Assembly (NCBI GenBank): GCA_963706575.1
Contig: CAVPNL010000004.1
Span: forward strand, 552,476-616,475
Direction of reading: 5' to 3'
Length of the DNA stretch: 64,000 bases
Source of the DNA: an uncultured delta proteobacterium
Lineage (GTDB): Bacteria > Desulfobacterota > Desulfobacteria > Desulfobacterales > JAHEIW01
A model generated the notes under the pieces. That model was not told the DNA's origin and searched no databases. It saw only the letters and a program-made list of their open reading frames with translations. This document shows positions 40,030 to 49,650 of this stretch, piece after piece. Position numbers and translations under genes: made by a program. The first letter of the stretch is position 1; the number at the start of each line of letters is the position of its first letter.

Positions 40030-40608
40030 ATGAGCCTAAAACTTTACCGGTCCCTATATACCATCGTTGCGTTGATCGCGATGATTTTAATCCAGCCCCA
40101 GAGCAAAGCGGCAGAGGTTAATGGTATCAACTTTGATGATCAGTATGCGGCCGGAGACACGGTGTTGAAAATAAGAGGTGCCGGTCTATTGCGCGTCATG
40201 GCATTTGCAAAGGTATATGTCAGCGCCCTCTATCTGCCGGAGGATTGTGCTTCTAAACTGGTGCTTTCAGATGTGCCCAAGCGATTGGAAGTTGAATATA
40301 TGAGATCCATCGCGGGCAATGATTTCGGCCGTGTCACCAACAAAAAAATATCTGAGAATGTAGATTCGCAGACCTTTGAGCGGCTGCGACCCCGCATTCT
40401 ATATCACAATTCACTGTATCAGGATGTTCAACCCGGCGACCGGTATTCTTTGACATACATTCCCGGTAAGGGGACGGAACTGGCGTTAAACGGTGAACCC
40501 CAGGGTGTTATCGAAGGCGCTGATTTTGCGGCCGCCGTGTTTTCCATCTGGCTGGGGCCTAAACCCATCAGCGAATCCCTAAAAAAAGATCTCCTGGACT
40601 TATCGTGA
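40030..40608 (+). CDS. Chalcone isomerase-like fatty-acid-binding protein
   Basis: Signal peptide; GAGLLR..FAKVYVSALYL; GADFAAAVFSIWLG.KP. Confidence 0.88.
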   Translation: MSLKLYRSLYTIVALIAMILIQPQSKAAEVNGINFDDQYAAGDTVLKIRGAGLLRVMAFAKVYVSALYLPEDCASKLVLSDVPKRLEVEYMRSIAGNDFGRVTNKKISENVDSQTFERLRPRILYHNSLYQDVQPGDRYSLTYIPGKGTELALNGEPQGVIEGADFAAAVFSIWLGPKPISESLKKDLLDLS

Positions 40609-42008
40609 AAACCCAGCATGCAGATCCTGTCGCTTTGTCGAAAAAAATCGCCTATTCAGCGCCGGCCTTTGCCCTGGCGGTCGTCGGCATACCGGTTTAC
40701 GTCTATATCCCCAAATTTTATACCGACGTGGTGGGTATCAATATCGCGGTTTTAGGCACCCTTTTATTCAGCGTGCGCATTTTTGATGCCCTGACCGATC
40801 CCGCTATTGGGTATATCTCGGATCGGAGCCAAACCCGATTTGGCAGGCGCCGCCCGTATATTGCCATCGGATCGCTTTTTGTCGTCGTAAGCATGTATCT
40901 GCTGTTTACACCCCCGCAGGCGTCTGCTGATTTCGAGACCTGGTGGTTTGGCATCTGTATCTACGCGTTGTTTTTGTTTTGGACCGTGGTGGTGGTCCCT
41001 TTTGAATCCCTGGGTCCTGAAATCACTTTCGACTATCATGAACGCACCTCCCTTTTTGGCATGCGCGACGGATTTCTCATCGCCGGCACCCTGATGGCGG
41101 CCAGCTCACCGGCAATCGTCGAATGGGCCTTTGATCTGACTTCAGACGCTGCAGGCGAGCGCGCTAAATTTTTCTGGATCGCAGTGATATATGCGCCTTT
41201 GTTAATCGGCTCCTGCTGGTGGTGTGTCTTCGCAATTAAAGAAAAACCAGCCGGCCAAGCCCTGAATCCCACCGGACTGTGGATGGGGTTTCGCTATGTG
41301 GCCCGCAATCGACCCTTTGTTATTTTGATCATCTCTTATACGATTGCGGCAATCGGCAGTAATTTGCCGGCAACTCTGATTTTATATTATGTCGAGTACG
41401 TCTTGCAGTCGCATCTGGCCGATACCTTCCTACTGCTTTATTTTGTGACCGGAATCATCTTTCTGCCCGGTTGGATTTTGCTTTCGCGTCGCATCGGTAA
41501 GAAGGCGGCCTGGCTGACATCCATGGTCATCAATACCGGTGCATTTATCGGTGTCTTTTTTCTGGGCCCCGGTGATGCGCAGATCTACGGTATCCTGGTT
41601 GTTCTATCCGGCATCGGCTTTGGCGCCACCCTGGCGTTGCCATCCGCCATTCAGGCGGATGTCATTGATTACGATGAACTGCTTACCGGCCAGCGACGGG
41701 AGGGACAGTATATCGGCCTGTGGTCTATTGCCAAAAAATTTGCTGCTGCCATCGGTGTGGGCGCGGGACTGTCCATCCTCGGTTACGCCGGTTATGAACC
41801 AAATGTCGCACAAACCCAACAGGTGCAGCTGACCCTGAGAACTTTGTATGCGCTGGTGCCGTCGGCCTGCAATGTGATCGCCTTTGTCATCGTTTTGGCA
41901 TACCCGATCAGCAGCCGCGTTCATGAGCAAATTCGCAACGCGATTGCTGAGCGCCAGGCCGGCAATCCGGTGGCAGATCCGTTGAAGCCGCAGCGAATGA
42001 TCTCATAA
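40605..42008 (+). CDS. GPH/MFS_2 symporter-family transporter
   Basis: DALTDPAIGYISDR, FGRRRPY, ADVIDYDE...RREG. Confidence 0.9.
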   Translation: MKTQHADPVALSKKIAYSAPAFALAVVGIPVYVYIPKFYTDVVGINIAVLGTLLFSVRIFDALTDPAIGYISDRSQTRFGRRRPYIAIGSLFVVVSMYLLFTPPQASADFETWWFGICIYALFLFWTVVVVPFESLGPEITFDYHERTSLFGMRDGFLIAGTLMAASSPAIVEWAFDLTSDAAGERAKFFWIAVIYAPLLIGSCWWCVFAIKEKPAGQALNPTGLWMGFRYVARNRPFVILIISYTIAAIGSNLPATLILYYVEYVLQSHLADTFLLLYFVTGIIFLPGWILLSRRIGKKAAWLTSMVINTGAFIGVFFLGPGDAQIYGILVVLSGIGFGATLALPSAIQADVIDYDELLTGQRREGQYIGLWSIAKKFAAAIGVGAGLSILGYAGYEPNVAQTQQVQLTLRTLYALVPSACNVIAFVIVLAYPISSRVHEQIRNAIAERQAGNPVADPLKPQRMIS

Positions 42009-42037
42009 AAACGGATAGGGTGTCTGGAGTAATTAGA

Positions 42038-42826
42038 ATGGAAAATTTAATCACCATTTTCGGCGGAAACCTTGTCGCAGTGATAAGCATGATGATTTGC
42101 GGCTGGTCGATCAGCCTGATTTATAAAAACGTGTCTGTTGTCGACAGTCTCTGGGGACTGGGATTTGTCCTTATTGCCTGGTTGACCTTTGGCCTGGCTG
42201 AGGGATTCGCCGGGAGAAAAATTCTAATCGTTTTGCTTACCACGGCTTGGGGACTGCGGCTGAGTGCGCATTTGTCCTGGCGCAACTGGGGAAAGGGTGA
42301 AGATCCCCGCTATGGTGGCTGGAGAAAGGCCAGCGGCGACCAATTCTGGATCGTCAGTCTATTTAAAGTGTTTTTGCTCCAGGCTCTGTTTTTATGGGTG
42401 ATCGCCCTGGCGATTCAATACGGTCAGGTATCACCCACACCTGCCCATTTGACCGGGCTCGATGTTTTGGGATCGATCATTTGGATGATCGGTTTTGTTT
42501 TTGAATCCGTCAGCGACTGGCAGCTGGCGCGATTTAAAGCGGATCAGACCAACGCGGGTAAGGTGATGGACCGCGGATTATGGGCTTATTCGCGTCATCC
42601 CAACTACTTCGGTGAGTGCTTAATCTGGTGGGGGATTTTTCTGGTTGCATTATCCACGCCAAATAGCTGGTGGACTGTAGTGAGTCCCATAGTCATTACC
42701 GCCGTCTTGCTCAAAATGACTGGCATTCCGCTGACTGAAAAAACTATCATCAATACCCGGCCCGGGTACCGCGACTATATCAAGCGCACCCCGCCGTTTT
42801 TTCCCTGGTTTCCCAAAAAAAATTAA
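42038..42826 (+). CDS. DUF1295 / steroid 5-alpha-reductase-like membrane protein
   Basis: VDSLWG, GEDPRY, GLWAYSRHPNYFGE motifs. Confidence 0.92.
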   Translation: MENLITIFGGNLVAVISMMICGWSISLIYKNVSVVDSLWGLGFVLIAWLTFGLAEGFAGRKILIVLLTTAWGLRLSAHLSWRNWGKGEDPRYGGWRKASGDQFWIVSLFKVFLLQALFLWVIALAIQYGQVSPTPAHLTGLDVLGSIIWMIGFVFESVSDWQLARFKADQTNAGKVMDRGLWAYSRHPNYFGECLIWWGIFLVALSTPNSWWTVVSPIVITAVLLKMTGIPLTEKTIINTRPGYRDYIKRTPPFFPWFPKKN

Positions 42827-43299
42827 TTTGAATTTGATCTGCGGTGAGCAGACAAGGTGCGAATTACCGGCTTTGAGGCGCTGTAGAGCATCAGGATCAG
42901 CAATGGGCTGATGACCAGCCATGTAAGAATTGCATACAGGGTCAAATCCCACAGGTTGGCCATGCTGCCCCAAAAATCATTTTGAAGTAAGCCGATCAAA
43001 TCTGTATCGATCAATGGCAACCCCTGCTGTTTAAACAACCAGTTGCCGATGCCGTAAAATGGCGCCAGCATAACGAGCTGCAACGGGTAAACCATATAGT
43101 TCACGACCTGAATGGCCGGCAGATTCAACCGCAGCGCCAGGGCGGCAACGGTGCACAGCATGGTAGTTGTGCCCAAGATGGGAAATATGCCCAAAACAGT
43201 TCCAAAAGCAATGCACAGCGCTATTTTTTTCAGGCTCATACCCTCTTTGAGCATCGATTTTACCATACTCAATATCTTTGTCTTAATTGCTCTGATCAT
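42823..43299 (-). CDS. DUF2062 family membrane protein
   Basis: GIFPILGTTT, RLNLPAIQVVNY motifs. Confidence 0.85.
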   Translation of the reverse strand: MIRAIKTKILSMVKSMLKEGMSLKKIALCIAFGTVLGIFPILGTTTMLCTVAALALRLNLPAIQVVNYMVYPLQLVMLAPFYGIGNWLFKQQGLPLIDTDLIGLLQNDFWGSMANLWDLTLYAILTWLVISPLLILMLYSASKPVIRTLSAHRRSNSN

Positions 43300-43320
43300 G
43301 AGATGCTTTCATCAAATTTG

Positions 43321-44025
43321 TTAAGGGATTCTGTCCAAGACCGACTTCATCCGGATCATACGGGTCTCCTGAGCAGCACCCATCCACACAAAAAATGCGA
43401 TGAATAAAAGTATCGGATTGTAAAATAATCCAATAATCCCAAAAAGCAAGGCGATCGCCTGACCCAGATTGGCAGAAATCTGTGTGGCCCTGACATATGC
43501 CAGGCGCGTGGCAAGCAAAGCGCGGAAGACCCGACCGCCGTCCATCGGAAATGCGGGTATCATATTAAACAGGATCAAAAAAATGTTGACACCCATAATG
43601 CGCTCAACAAATGCTGCGGTGGTCATCGTTAATTGATTATCCGGTGTAAGAGTATTGGTGATCCATAGGTAAACCGCAAGCAAGGCAACAATCACGACAT
43701 TTACCGCCGGGCCAGCTAATGCCACCCACAGTTCTTGAATGGGCTGGTTTGGCATTTTTTCCAGGCGAGCCACACCGCCGATCGGCAACAGGATAATATC
43801 TCGGGTTTTAATCCCATATTTTTTTGCTGCTAAGGCATGGCCTAATTCATGCAGAACAACGCATGAAAATATTGCCAGGATGAACACGACGCCTGAAAAG
43901 GCCGCACCAATGGATCCGTTTAATTTCAACTGAATCAACGCCACCCATGTTAACAATATAAAGAACGTAAAATGGATGAAAATATCAATTCCTGCCAATT
44001 TGGCTATTTTCAATGACCATCGCAT
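43321..44025 (-). CDS. Site-2 (M50) membrane zinc protease, no C-terminal CBS pair
   Basis: HELGH, LLPIGGVA, ALAGP, NMIPAFPMDGG. Confidence 0.9.
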   Translation of the reverse strand: MRWSLKIAKLAGIDIFIHFTFFILLTWVALIQLKLNGSIGAAFSGVVFILAIFSCVVLHELGHALAAKKYGIKTRDIILLPIGGVARLEKMPNQPIQELWVALAGPAVNVVIVALLAVYLWITNTLTPDNQLTMTTAAFVERIMGVNIFLILFNMIPAFPMDGGRVFRALLATRLAYVRATQISANLGQAIALLFGIIGLFYNPILLFIAFFVWMGAAQETRMIRMKSVLDRIP

Positions 44026-44057
44026 CGTATCACCACCTTCGTAATTGCTCGTTGAGC

Positions 44058-45059
44058 TTAACCGCCATAACCGCCTTCACTGTATGCGGCATAATCGGGC
44101 AATGCGTGCTTAAATGACGCTTTCATTTTTGCGATGATGTTTTTTTGGATCTGACGGACCCGTTCTCTTGAGATCCCATATCGCTTGCCGATTTCCGCCA
44201 GTGTTTCAGGATCTTCTGCGAAAATACGCTGGTTAAAAATATCGAGTTCTCGTTGATTCATTTCCTTTTTGAATTCAGCAATTCGTTGATGAAGAATCGT
44301 TTCAAACTCTTTTTTTGATATCTTGTCTTCGAGTGGTTCGGCGGAAGTTTTCAAAAATTCTATTCGCGCTGTATCCGTGTTGTCTGTTAAAGGGGCATCC
44401 AGTGAAACATCCCAGCCATTGATCCGTTGGTCCATTTCAACCACTTCTTTTTTGGACACCCCCAGTCTTTCGGAGATAAGCTCCGCTTTGGGTTCAAAAC
44501 CTTCATCCCGTAATTTTTGCTTTTCTTTTTTGAGACGGAAAAAGAGCTTTCGCTGCGCCTGGGTGGTTCCGATTTTTACCAGACGGAAGTTATCCATTAA
44601 GTGCTTGATAATGTAAGCTTTGATCCAAAATGAAGCGTAGTATGAAAACTTCACCTTTTTCTCTGGATTGAATTTTTCAACCGCTTTCATCAGCCCGATG
44701 TTGCCCTCCTGAATGAGATCCAGCAGATTCTGCATCCACATTCTGCGGTAATCCAAGGCAATTTTTACGACGAGCCGGAGGTTTGACGTCACCACCTTGT
44801 GGGCCGCTCGGCTGTCGCCCTGTTCCTTCAGTCTTTTAAAAAGGATTAGTTCTTCATTTCTGCTCAGCAACTTATACTGGCTGATGCTCGTCAGATAGCT
44901 CTGAAGCGTATTGGGAACAACCGGTCTTTCGGCCGGCGGCGCCGGCCTGGTCGAGAAGCTAGGTGCCTCTTTACGCCGATTTCGTTTCCCGTTTCCGCTT
45001 ACATTACGGGTCTCCGGATTTTGCTTACCTCTTACAACCTTTTTTTTCTGACTCAGCAT
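44058..45059 (-). CDS. rpoH: Sigma-32 family RNA polymerase sigma factor
   Basis: DLIQEGNIGLMKAVEKF; RpoH-box-like KIGTTQAQRKLFFRLK; GISRERVRQ. Confidence 0.92.
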   Translation of the reverse strand: MLSQKKKVVRGKQNPETRNVSGNGKRNRRKEAPSFSTRPAPPAERPVVPNTLQSYLTSISQYKLLSRNEELILFKRLKEQGDSRAAHKVVTSNLRLVVKIALDYRRMWMQNLLDLIQEGNIGLMKAVEKFNPEKKVKFSYYASFWIKAYIIKHLMDNFRLVKIGTTQAQRKLFFRLKKEKQKLRDEGFEPKAELISERLGVSKKEVVEMDQRINGWDVSLDAPLTDNTDTARIEFLKTSAEPLEDKISKKEFETILHQRIAEFKKEMNQRELDIFNQRIFAEDPETLAEIGKRYGISRERVRQIQKNIIAKMKASFKHALPDYAAYSEGGYGG

Positions 45060-45243
45060 TCTGTTCCTCCTCTGCCCATTCCCGCCTTAAGGTCTGCCGC
45101 ATAAACCAATACCCCGTTAAGAGCCTTTGCATTTGATATGCTTTTCAGGGTATTGAAATCAGGCTAAATCGTTTATGCAGTCAGATTTTAAGCCTAATGG
45201 CTGTCGTTTTATAAGACATTGAATCTGTTATTGATAAAACTAA

Positions 45244-45294
45244 GTATTAAACAAAATATAAAATTTTTATTTTTGTCTAAGTTTTGTCTAAAAA
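45244..45294 (-). promoter_or_regulatory. Candidate CarH-type operator upstream of rpoH
   Basis: Minus strand TTTTTAGACAA-AACTTAGACAA at 45294-45273 (11-bp period), plus an inverted GTATTAAACAA at 45244. Confidence 0.6.
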
Positions 45295-45527
45295 AATAAA
45301 CATTTTCATTGGCTTGTCAACCATCGCAACCCCTTTATTCTACTTTTACTTTGTTATTCTCTAGATTCAGAACTGAAGTGCTGATGGATCGTATAAATTG
45401 CATAAAACCGGCCTATTTTAAGCAAGATTCCGCAAACCTTGACTCAGGATTAGTAAGTGTTAGCTTAAAATCAGTAAACCAGCGGGTAGGAGCGGTGGCA
45501 ACTTCAGACAAATCGAGCGAATTGGGA

Positions 45528-46406
45528 ATGGAAATGAAGAAATTTCAAAAACGCGCCAGAATTATTATCATCGCTGGCATCAATCTGCTTTTACTTTATG
45601 CGCTGGCCTGCACCTATCTCTGGGCCGAGCAGAGCCATTTTATTTTCATGCCGCGGCGAGAAATCAAAAAGACACCGGCAATTTACCAGTTGCCCTACGA
45701 AGACGTCTACGTCTCAATTGAACTCCCGAATGGTCAAAAAGAACGCATCCACGGGTGGTGGATTCCGGCACAAATACCATCTGACAAAACCCTGCTTTAC
45801 CTGCACGGCAGTGCGCTCAACATCGGCGCCAATGTCGATCATGCGCGCCGCTTCCATAACCTGGGTTTTTCCGTTTTTCTGGTCTCCTATCGCGGATACG
45901 GGCTGAGTGACGGCGAATTTCCGTCAGAAGCGCAGATGTATGCTGATGCAGAAGCAGCCTGGAATTACCTGGTCAAACAAAAGCACATCAACCCCGATCA
46001 CATTTTCATTTACGGACATTCCATCGGCGGTGCTATTGCCATCGACCTTGCCACGCGCCACCCGGAAGCGGCCGGGTTGATTGTCGAGGCATCATTTACG
46101 TCCATCTTCGATATGGCGCGGTTAAAATACAGATATCGTCTCTTACCCATGGGTCTCATTGTTGAGCAAAAGTTTGATTCCCAGAAGAAAGTCGGGCAGT
46201 TGAAAATTCCGGCGCTGTTTATCCATGGTACAAAAGATGCTCTGGTTCCGCCTGAGATGAGCCGCCGCCTGTATGAAAAAACGTCATCTCCTAAACGATT
46301 AACATTTATCAAGGGCGGCGGTCATAACAACAGTGCCGCTGTTGGTGGTGAGGATTATTTGCGCAGCATCAGACAATTCGAGGAATTTATCAGTCAAAAA
46401 TCATAG
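45528..46406 (+). CDS. Alpha/beta hydrolase (ABHD/BEM46-like)
   Basis: LYLHG, YRGYG.S, GHSIGG nucleophile, HGTKD, GGHN; start moved to MEMKK. Confidence 0.9.
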   Translation: MEMKKFQKRARIIIIAGINLLLLYALACTYLWAEQSHFIFMPRREIKKTPAIYQLPYEDVYVSIELPNGQKERIHGWWIPAQIPSDKTLLYLHGSALNIGANVDHARRFHNLGFSVFLVSYRGYGLSDGEFPSEAQMYADAEAAWNYLVKQKHINPDHIFIYGHSIGGAIAIDLATRHPEAAGLIVEASFTSIFDMARLKYRYRLLPMGLIVEQKFDSQKKVGQLKIPALFIHGTKDALVPPEMSRRLYEKTSSPKRLTFIKGGGHNNSAAVGGEDYLRSIRQFEEFISQKS

Positions 46407-46428
46407 GAAAGATCTGCCTCTTCACAAA

Positions 46429-46836
46429 TCATATCAGCCACTTGGCGATGTAAAAGCTTAGCGTCGCAACCAGCGTACATAGAACCACGCCCCAGAGAAT
46501 ATCGGCCACCACAATATTGAGCGGCCAATCTTTGAGCAGGGCTAAATTCGTCAGATCATAGGTTGCATATGTAAAAAACCCAAAAAGCGCACCCCACACC
46601 GCCGCGTGACGCACTGAATCTTTAGCGACGCCCGGCAGGACGGCGAAGATCAGAATCCCGGCAATATACATCAGATAAAAAATGATGGCGGCGGTCCAGT
46701 TGACATTCGGGCTGAGGATATATTTCAAGTTTTTCTGATAAAATCCCTTGGCTACAACTCCCAGCCAGATCAGGTCAATAATGAAAAAAACGGGTACGGT
46801 AAGTGCATACAGCTTAAGATAAAATGAAATGTTCAT
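46429..46836 (-). CDS. DUF2177 family membrane protein
   Basis: IDLIWLG, YATYDLTNLA..W....DILWG. Confidence 0.9.
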   Translation of the reverse strand: MNISFYLKLYALTVPVFFIIDLIWLGVVAKGFYQKNLKYILSPNVNWTAAIIFYLMYIAGILIFAVLPGVAKDSVRHAAVWGALFGFFTYATYDLTNLALLKDWPLNIVVADILWGVVLCTLVATLSFYIAKWLI

Positions 46837-46875
46837 TGGAACCTCGACTAAAGTACAGTTATCCCAAACAGGTGA

Positions 46876-47310
46876 TTATTTTGCCGAATTTTCAAATGTC
46901 GCGCGTAACCGCTCCACCCGCCGGCGGTTGGCACCAAAGTCATAATAACCGGTGCGGGATGCAGACCTCACATGAATGATGCGATCTTCTGAAGAAAAGT
47001 AAAATTCGACGTCATCGACAAAGTTAAAAACTAATGAACGAAATTCAGCATGAATGTAATCCGTTTCAACGCGTATCAGCCGGGCACGTTTCGAGCCCTC
47101 CAGGAGGCCGATGAGTTTTTGCCTGGCATCGGCACGATTGCCGGTATAATGCAGCGGTTCGATAAAACGCGCTGGATCTTTGCTCTGGGAAGAAACACAG
47201 TTGGGCGAATCCAGACAGGGCGATAACCTGTTGGTTCCGGCTGCCGCATGGGTTGCGCTCAACAGGATACAAACATACAGGGACAGGCGCTTTGTAAATA
47301 AGTCGTTCAT
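46876..47310 (-). CDS. DUF1499 family protein
   Basis: CLDSPNCVSSQ, FVDDVEF, VRSASRTGYYDFGANRRRVE. Confidence 0.92.
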   Translation of the reverse strand: MNDLFTKRLSLYVCILLSATHAAAGTNRLSPCLDSPNCVSSQSKDPARFIEPLHYTGNRADARQKLIGLLEGSKRARLIRVETDYIHAEFRSLVFNFVDDVEFYFSSEDRIIHVRSASRTGYYDFGANRRRVERLRATFENSAK

Positions 47311-47747
47311 CATACCGGTATAATCACAGTGGGGATTGATGTGCATTTAATCACACGGTCGGCAACACTGCCGAAATCAAAATGGGCCTCGCTGCCCTGG
47401 CTGGCCATAATGACCATGTCGATATCCTCATTCTGGATCAGTTTGAGGATCTCTTTAACGGGATCACCGACACTGATGTGGCGAACATAAAGCGGGCAGG
47501 CGTTTAAAAAATTTTCGCAGATTTCGTCCAGCCGTTTTTCGGCGGTTTCCTGCTCCCATTGCCGCATTTTTTCGTAATCGCCGGGGTCACTGTAGCCATA
47601 AGATGCGCCGAATTCAGGATAATCTTTCAGCACGTATAGAATATGAATCTCAGCAGCATATTTTTGCGATAAGGATGTCACCAGCGGCAGCGCTGTTGCG
47701 GCGTTTTCCGATAAATCCGTTGGCCACAAAATTTTTTTAATTTCCAT
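47310..47747 (-). CDS. Universal stress protein
   Basis: KILWPTDLS; MASQG...FGSVADRVI. Confidence 0.92.
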   Translation of the reverse strand: MEIKKILWPTDLSENAATALPLVTSLSQKYAAEIHILYVLKDYPEFGASYGYSDPGDYEKMRQWEQETAEKRLDEICENFLNACPLYVRHISVGDPVKEILKLIQNEDIDMVIMASQGSEAHFDFGSVADRVIKCTSIPTVIIPV

Positions 47748-48185
47748 TGCTATGCCTTCCTCCGGGCTTATTAAGTTCATGTTGCGTCATTTACCCGACG
47801 AATGGTTAAAGGTTTATTAACCCAATTAATTTAACACCATAAGCACTTCTTTTCTGTTCGCCAAATACTATTTTAAAATTCTGGTTTTTTGCATAGAAAT
47901 GCCTCACAGTGGATGCAATAAGAGAACACGGTCACCCTAAAATAGGGTCTGGAACTGATCGACGATGATGAGTGTTTTATCAAAGGTTCGCAATGCTTGT
48001 TTAGAATGTATGGTGGTTCAGTAGCTTGACCCAGCCGAGGAAAGGAGGAAACTCAGCGTAAACTGAACCAACACTGCGTAAACTGAACCACCACTGTATG
48101 ATGGAGAAATAAGCAATCAATATGGAGATTATTAAAGAGACAAAAAAACAGACAGAAGTTACAGTATTTGGTCTTTGCTGCAAAT

Positions 48186-48332
48186 TTAATCGCTGTTTGC
48201 CGCCCCTTCGGTCGTTTTGATCATATTTTCAAATAAGTCCCGAATGTCGCTGAGATAAGCCATACAGTGCGCGCCAAACCACCAGACTTCGACCAGCATC
48301 AATAACAGTAAAATCGGCACCCAAACATTCAT
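48186..48332 (-). CDS. Small (48 aa) membrane peptide downstream of the cfa-like gene, not in the ORF track
   Basis: MNVWVPILLLLMLVEVWWFGAHCMAYLSDIRDLFENMIKTTEGAANSD*; AAAGGAG RBS. Confidence 0.55.
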   Translation of the reverse strand: MNVWVPILLLLMLVEVWWFGAHCMAYLSDIRDLFENMIKTTEGAANSD

Positions 48333-48358
48333 CGGTGTACGCTCCTTTCCGACAGGAT

Positions 48359-49645
48359 CTAATAAGCACTTAAATCAGGGATGAGTGGCTCACGCCGGCA
48401 CATGGGTTTGGTGAACAGCATTTGCACATCTCCGATATAGCGCTCTGCGAAACCCGCTTCACAATAGCTGAAATAATAATCCCACATGCGAATAAACGCT
48501 TCTGAATATCCCAGCGCTTTGACCGCATCGATATTGTTGAAAAATTGTGACCGCCAGCAGGCCAGCGTCCGGGCATAGTGAGGGGTAATATCTTCCAGAT
48601 GAAATAGACGCAGGTCGGTGGCCGTGGCAATCGACTTCGTCATCGCCGCAATTGACGGGATGCAGCTGCCCGGGAAAATATAGCGTTTGATAAAATCAAC
48701 CGAACGCTTGTGGCGCTCAAACACCTGATCGGCAATCGTAATCGCCTGCAGCAGCATCACTCCGTCCGATTTCAGCAACTGGCCGCAGGATCGAAAAAAG
48801 TCATCCAGATAGTGGTACCCGACGGCCTCGATCATCTCAATCGAAACCAGTTTATCGTATTTTCCTTTCAGATCCCGGTAATCTCTCATCACCAAATCAA
48901 TGCGATCGGCCACGCCGGAATCCGCAATACGTTCTTTAGCCAGTTTAAATTGTTGGTCGGAAATCGTGGTGGTAGTGACCCGGCAGCCGAAGTTTTGGGC
49001 GGCATAAATGGCAAAGCCGCCCCAGCCGGATCCGATTTCAATCACCTCATCATCGGGGCCTAGCTCAAGTTTCTGACAGATGCGGTTGTATTTTGCAATC
49101 GAGGCATCGCGCATGGTGCTGGCTTCATATTCAAAAATACCGCAAGAATAGGTTAGGGTGTCGTCCAAAAACAGTCGATAAAAATCGTTGCCCAGATCAT
49201 AGTGGGCGACGATATTTTTGCGACTGCCGCTGCGGGTATTTTTCCGCAGAAAATGCCATATCCGGTTCAGCGGGGCCGAAACCTTTGACCAGCCCTTGTC
49301 CAGGCGCTCAAAGCTATCGCGATTCAAGGCCATGATGCGCAGGGCGGTGGTGAGATCGTCTGCCGACCACAAACCGTTCATATAAGCTTCCGCAATGCCG
49401 ATGCTGCCACCCAGAACGGATTTGCTGTAAAATCGGGGATGATAGACGTTTATGACCGCCTCGAGTGGATACGCACTGCTGGTTTCACCGAAAACATAAC
49501 GATTGGGACCGTCGATGATGGTGATTTGTCCGCGTTTTAATTTGCCCAGAATTCCAAGCAGAAACTTGCGGGCCAATCCATCCATCGAGCGAGCCTTAAT
49601 GGTTTCCAGCGGCGGCGTATCTGAGGGCATAATCGATGTGGTCAT
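48359..49645 (-). CDS. cfa: SAM-dependent fatty-acyl methyltransferase / cyclopropane synthase (UfaM/Cfa-like)
   Basis: HYDLGNDFY, YSCG, EIGSGWGG, SIEMIEAVG, YIFPG, YCEAGF. Confidence 0.93.
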   Translation of the reverse strand: MTTSIMPSDTPPLETIKARSMDGLARKFLLGILGKLKRGQITIIDGPNRYVFGETSSAYPLEAVINVYHPRFYSKSVLGGSIGIAEAYMNGLWSADDLTTALRIMALNRDSFERLDKGWSKVSAPLNRIWHFLRKNTRSGSRKNIVAHYDLGNDFYRLFLDDTLTYSCGIFEYEASTMRDASIAKYNRICQKLELGPDDEVIEIGSGWGGFAIYAAQNFGCRVTTTTISDQQFKLAKERIADSGVADRIDLVMRDYRDLKGKYDKLVSIEMIEAVGYHYLDDFFRSCGQLLKSDGVMLLQAITIADQVFERHKRSVDFIKRYIFPGSCIPSIAAMTKSIATATDLRLFHLEDITPHYARTLACWRSQFFNNIDAVKALGYSEAFIRMWDYYFSYCEAGFAERYIGDVQMLFTKPMCRREPLIPDLSAY

Positions 49646-49650
49646 GCGTC

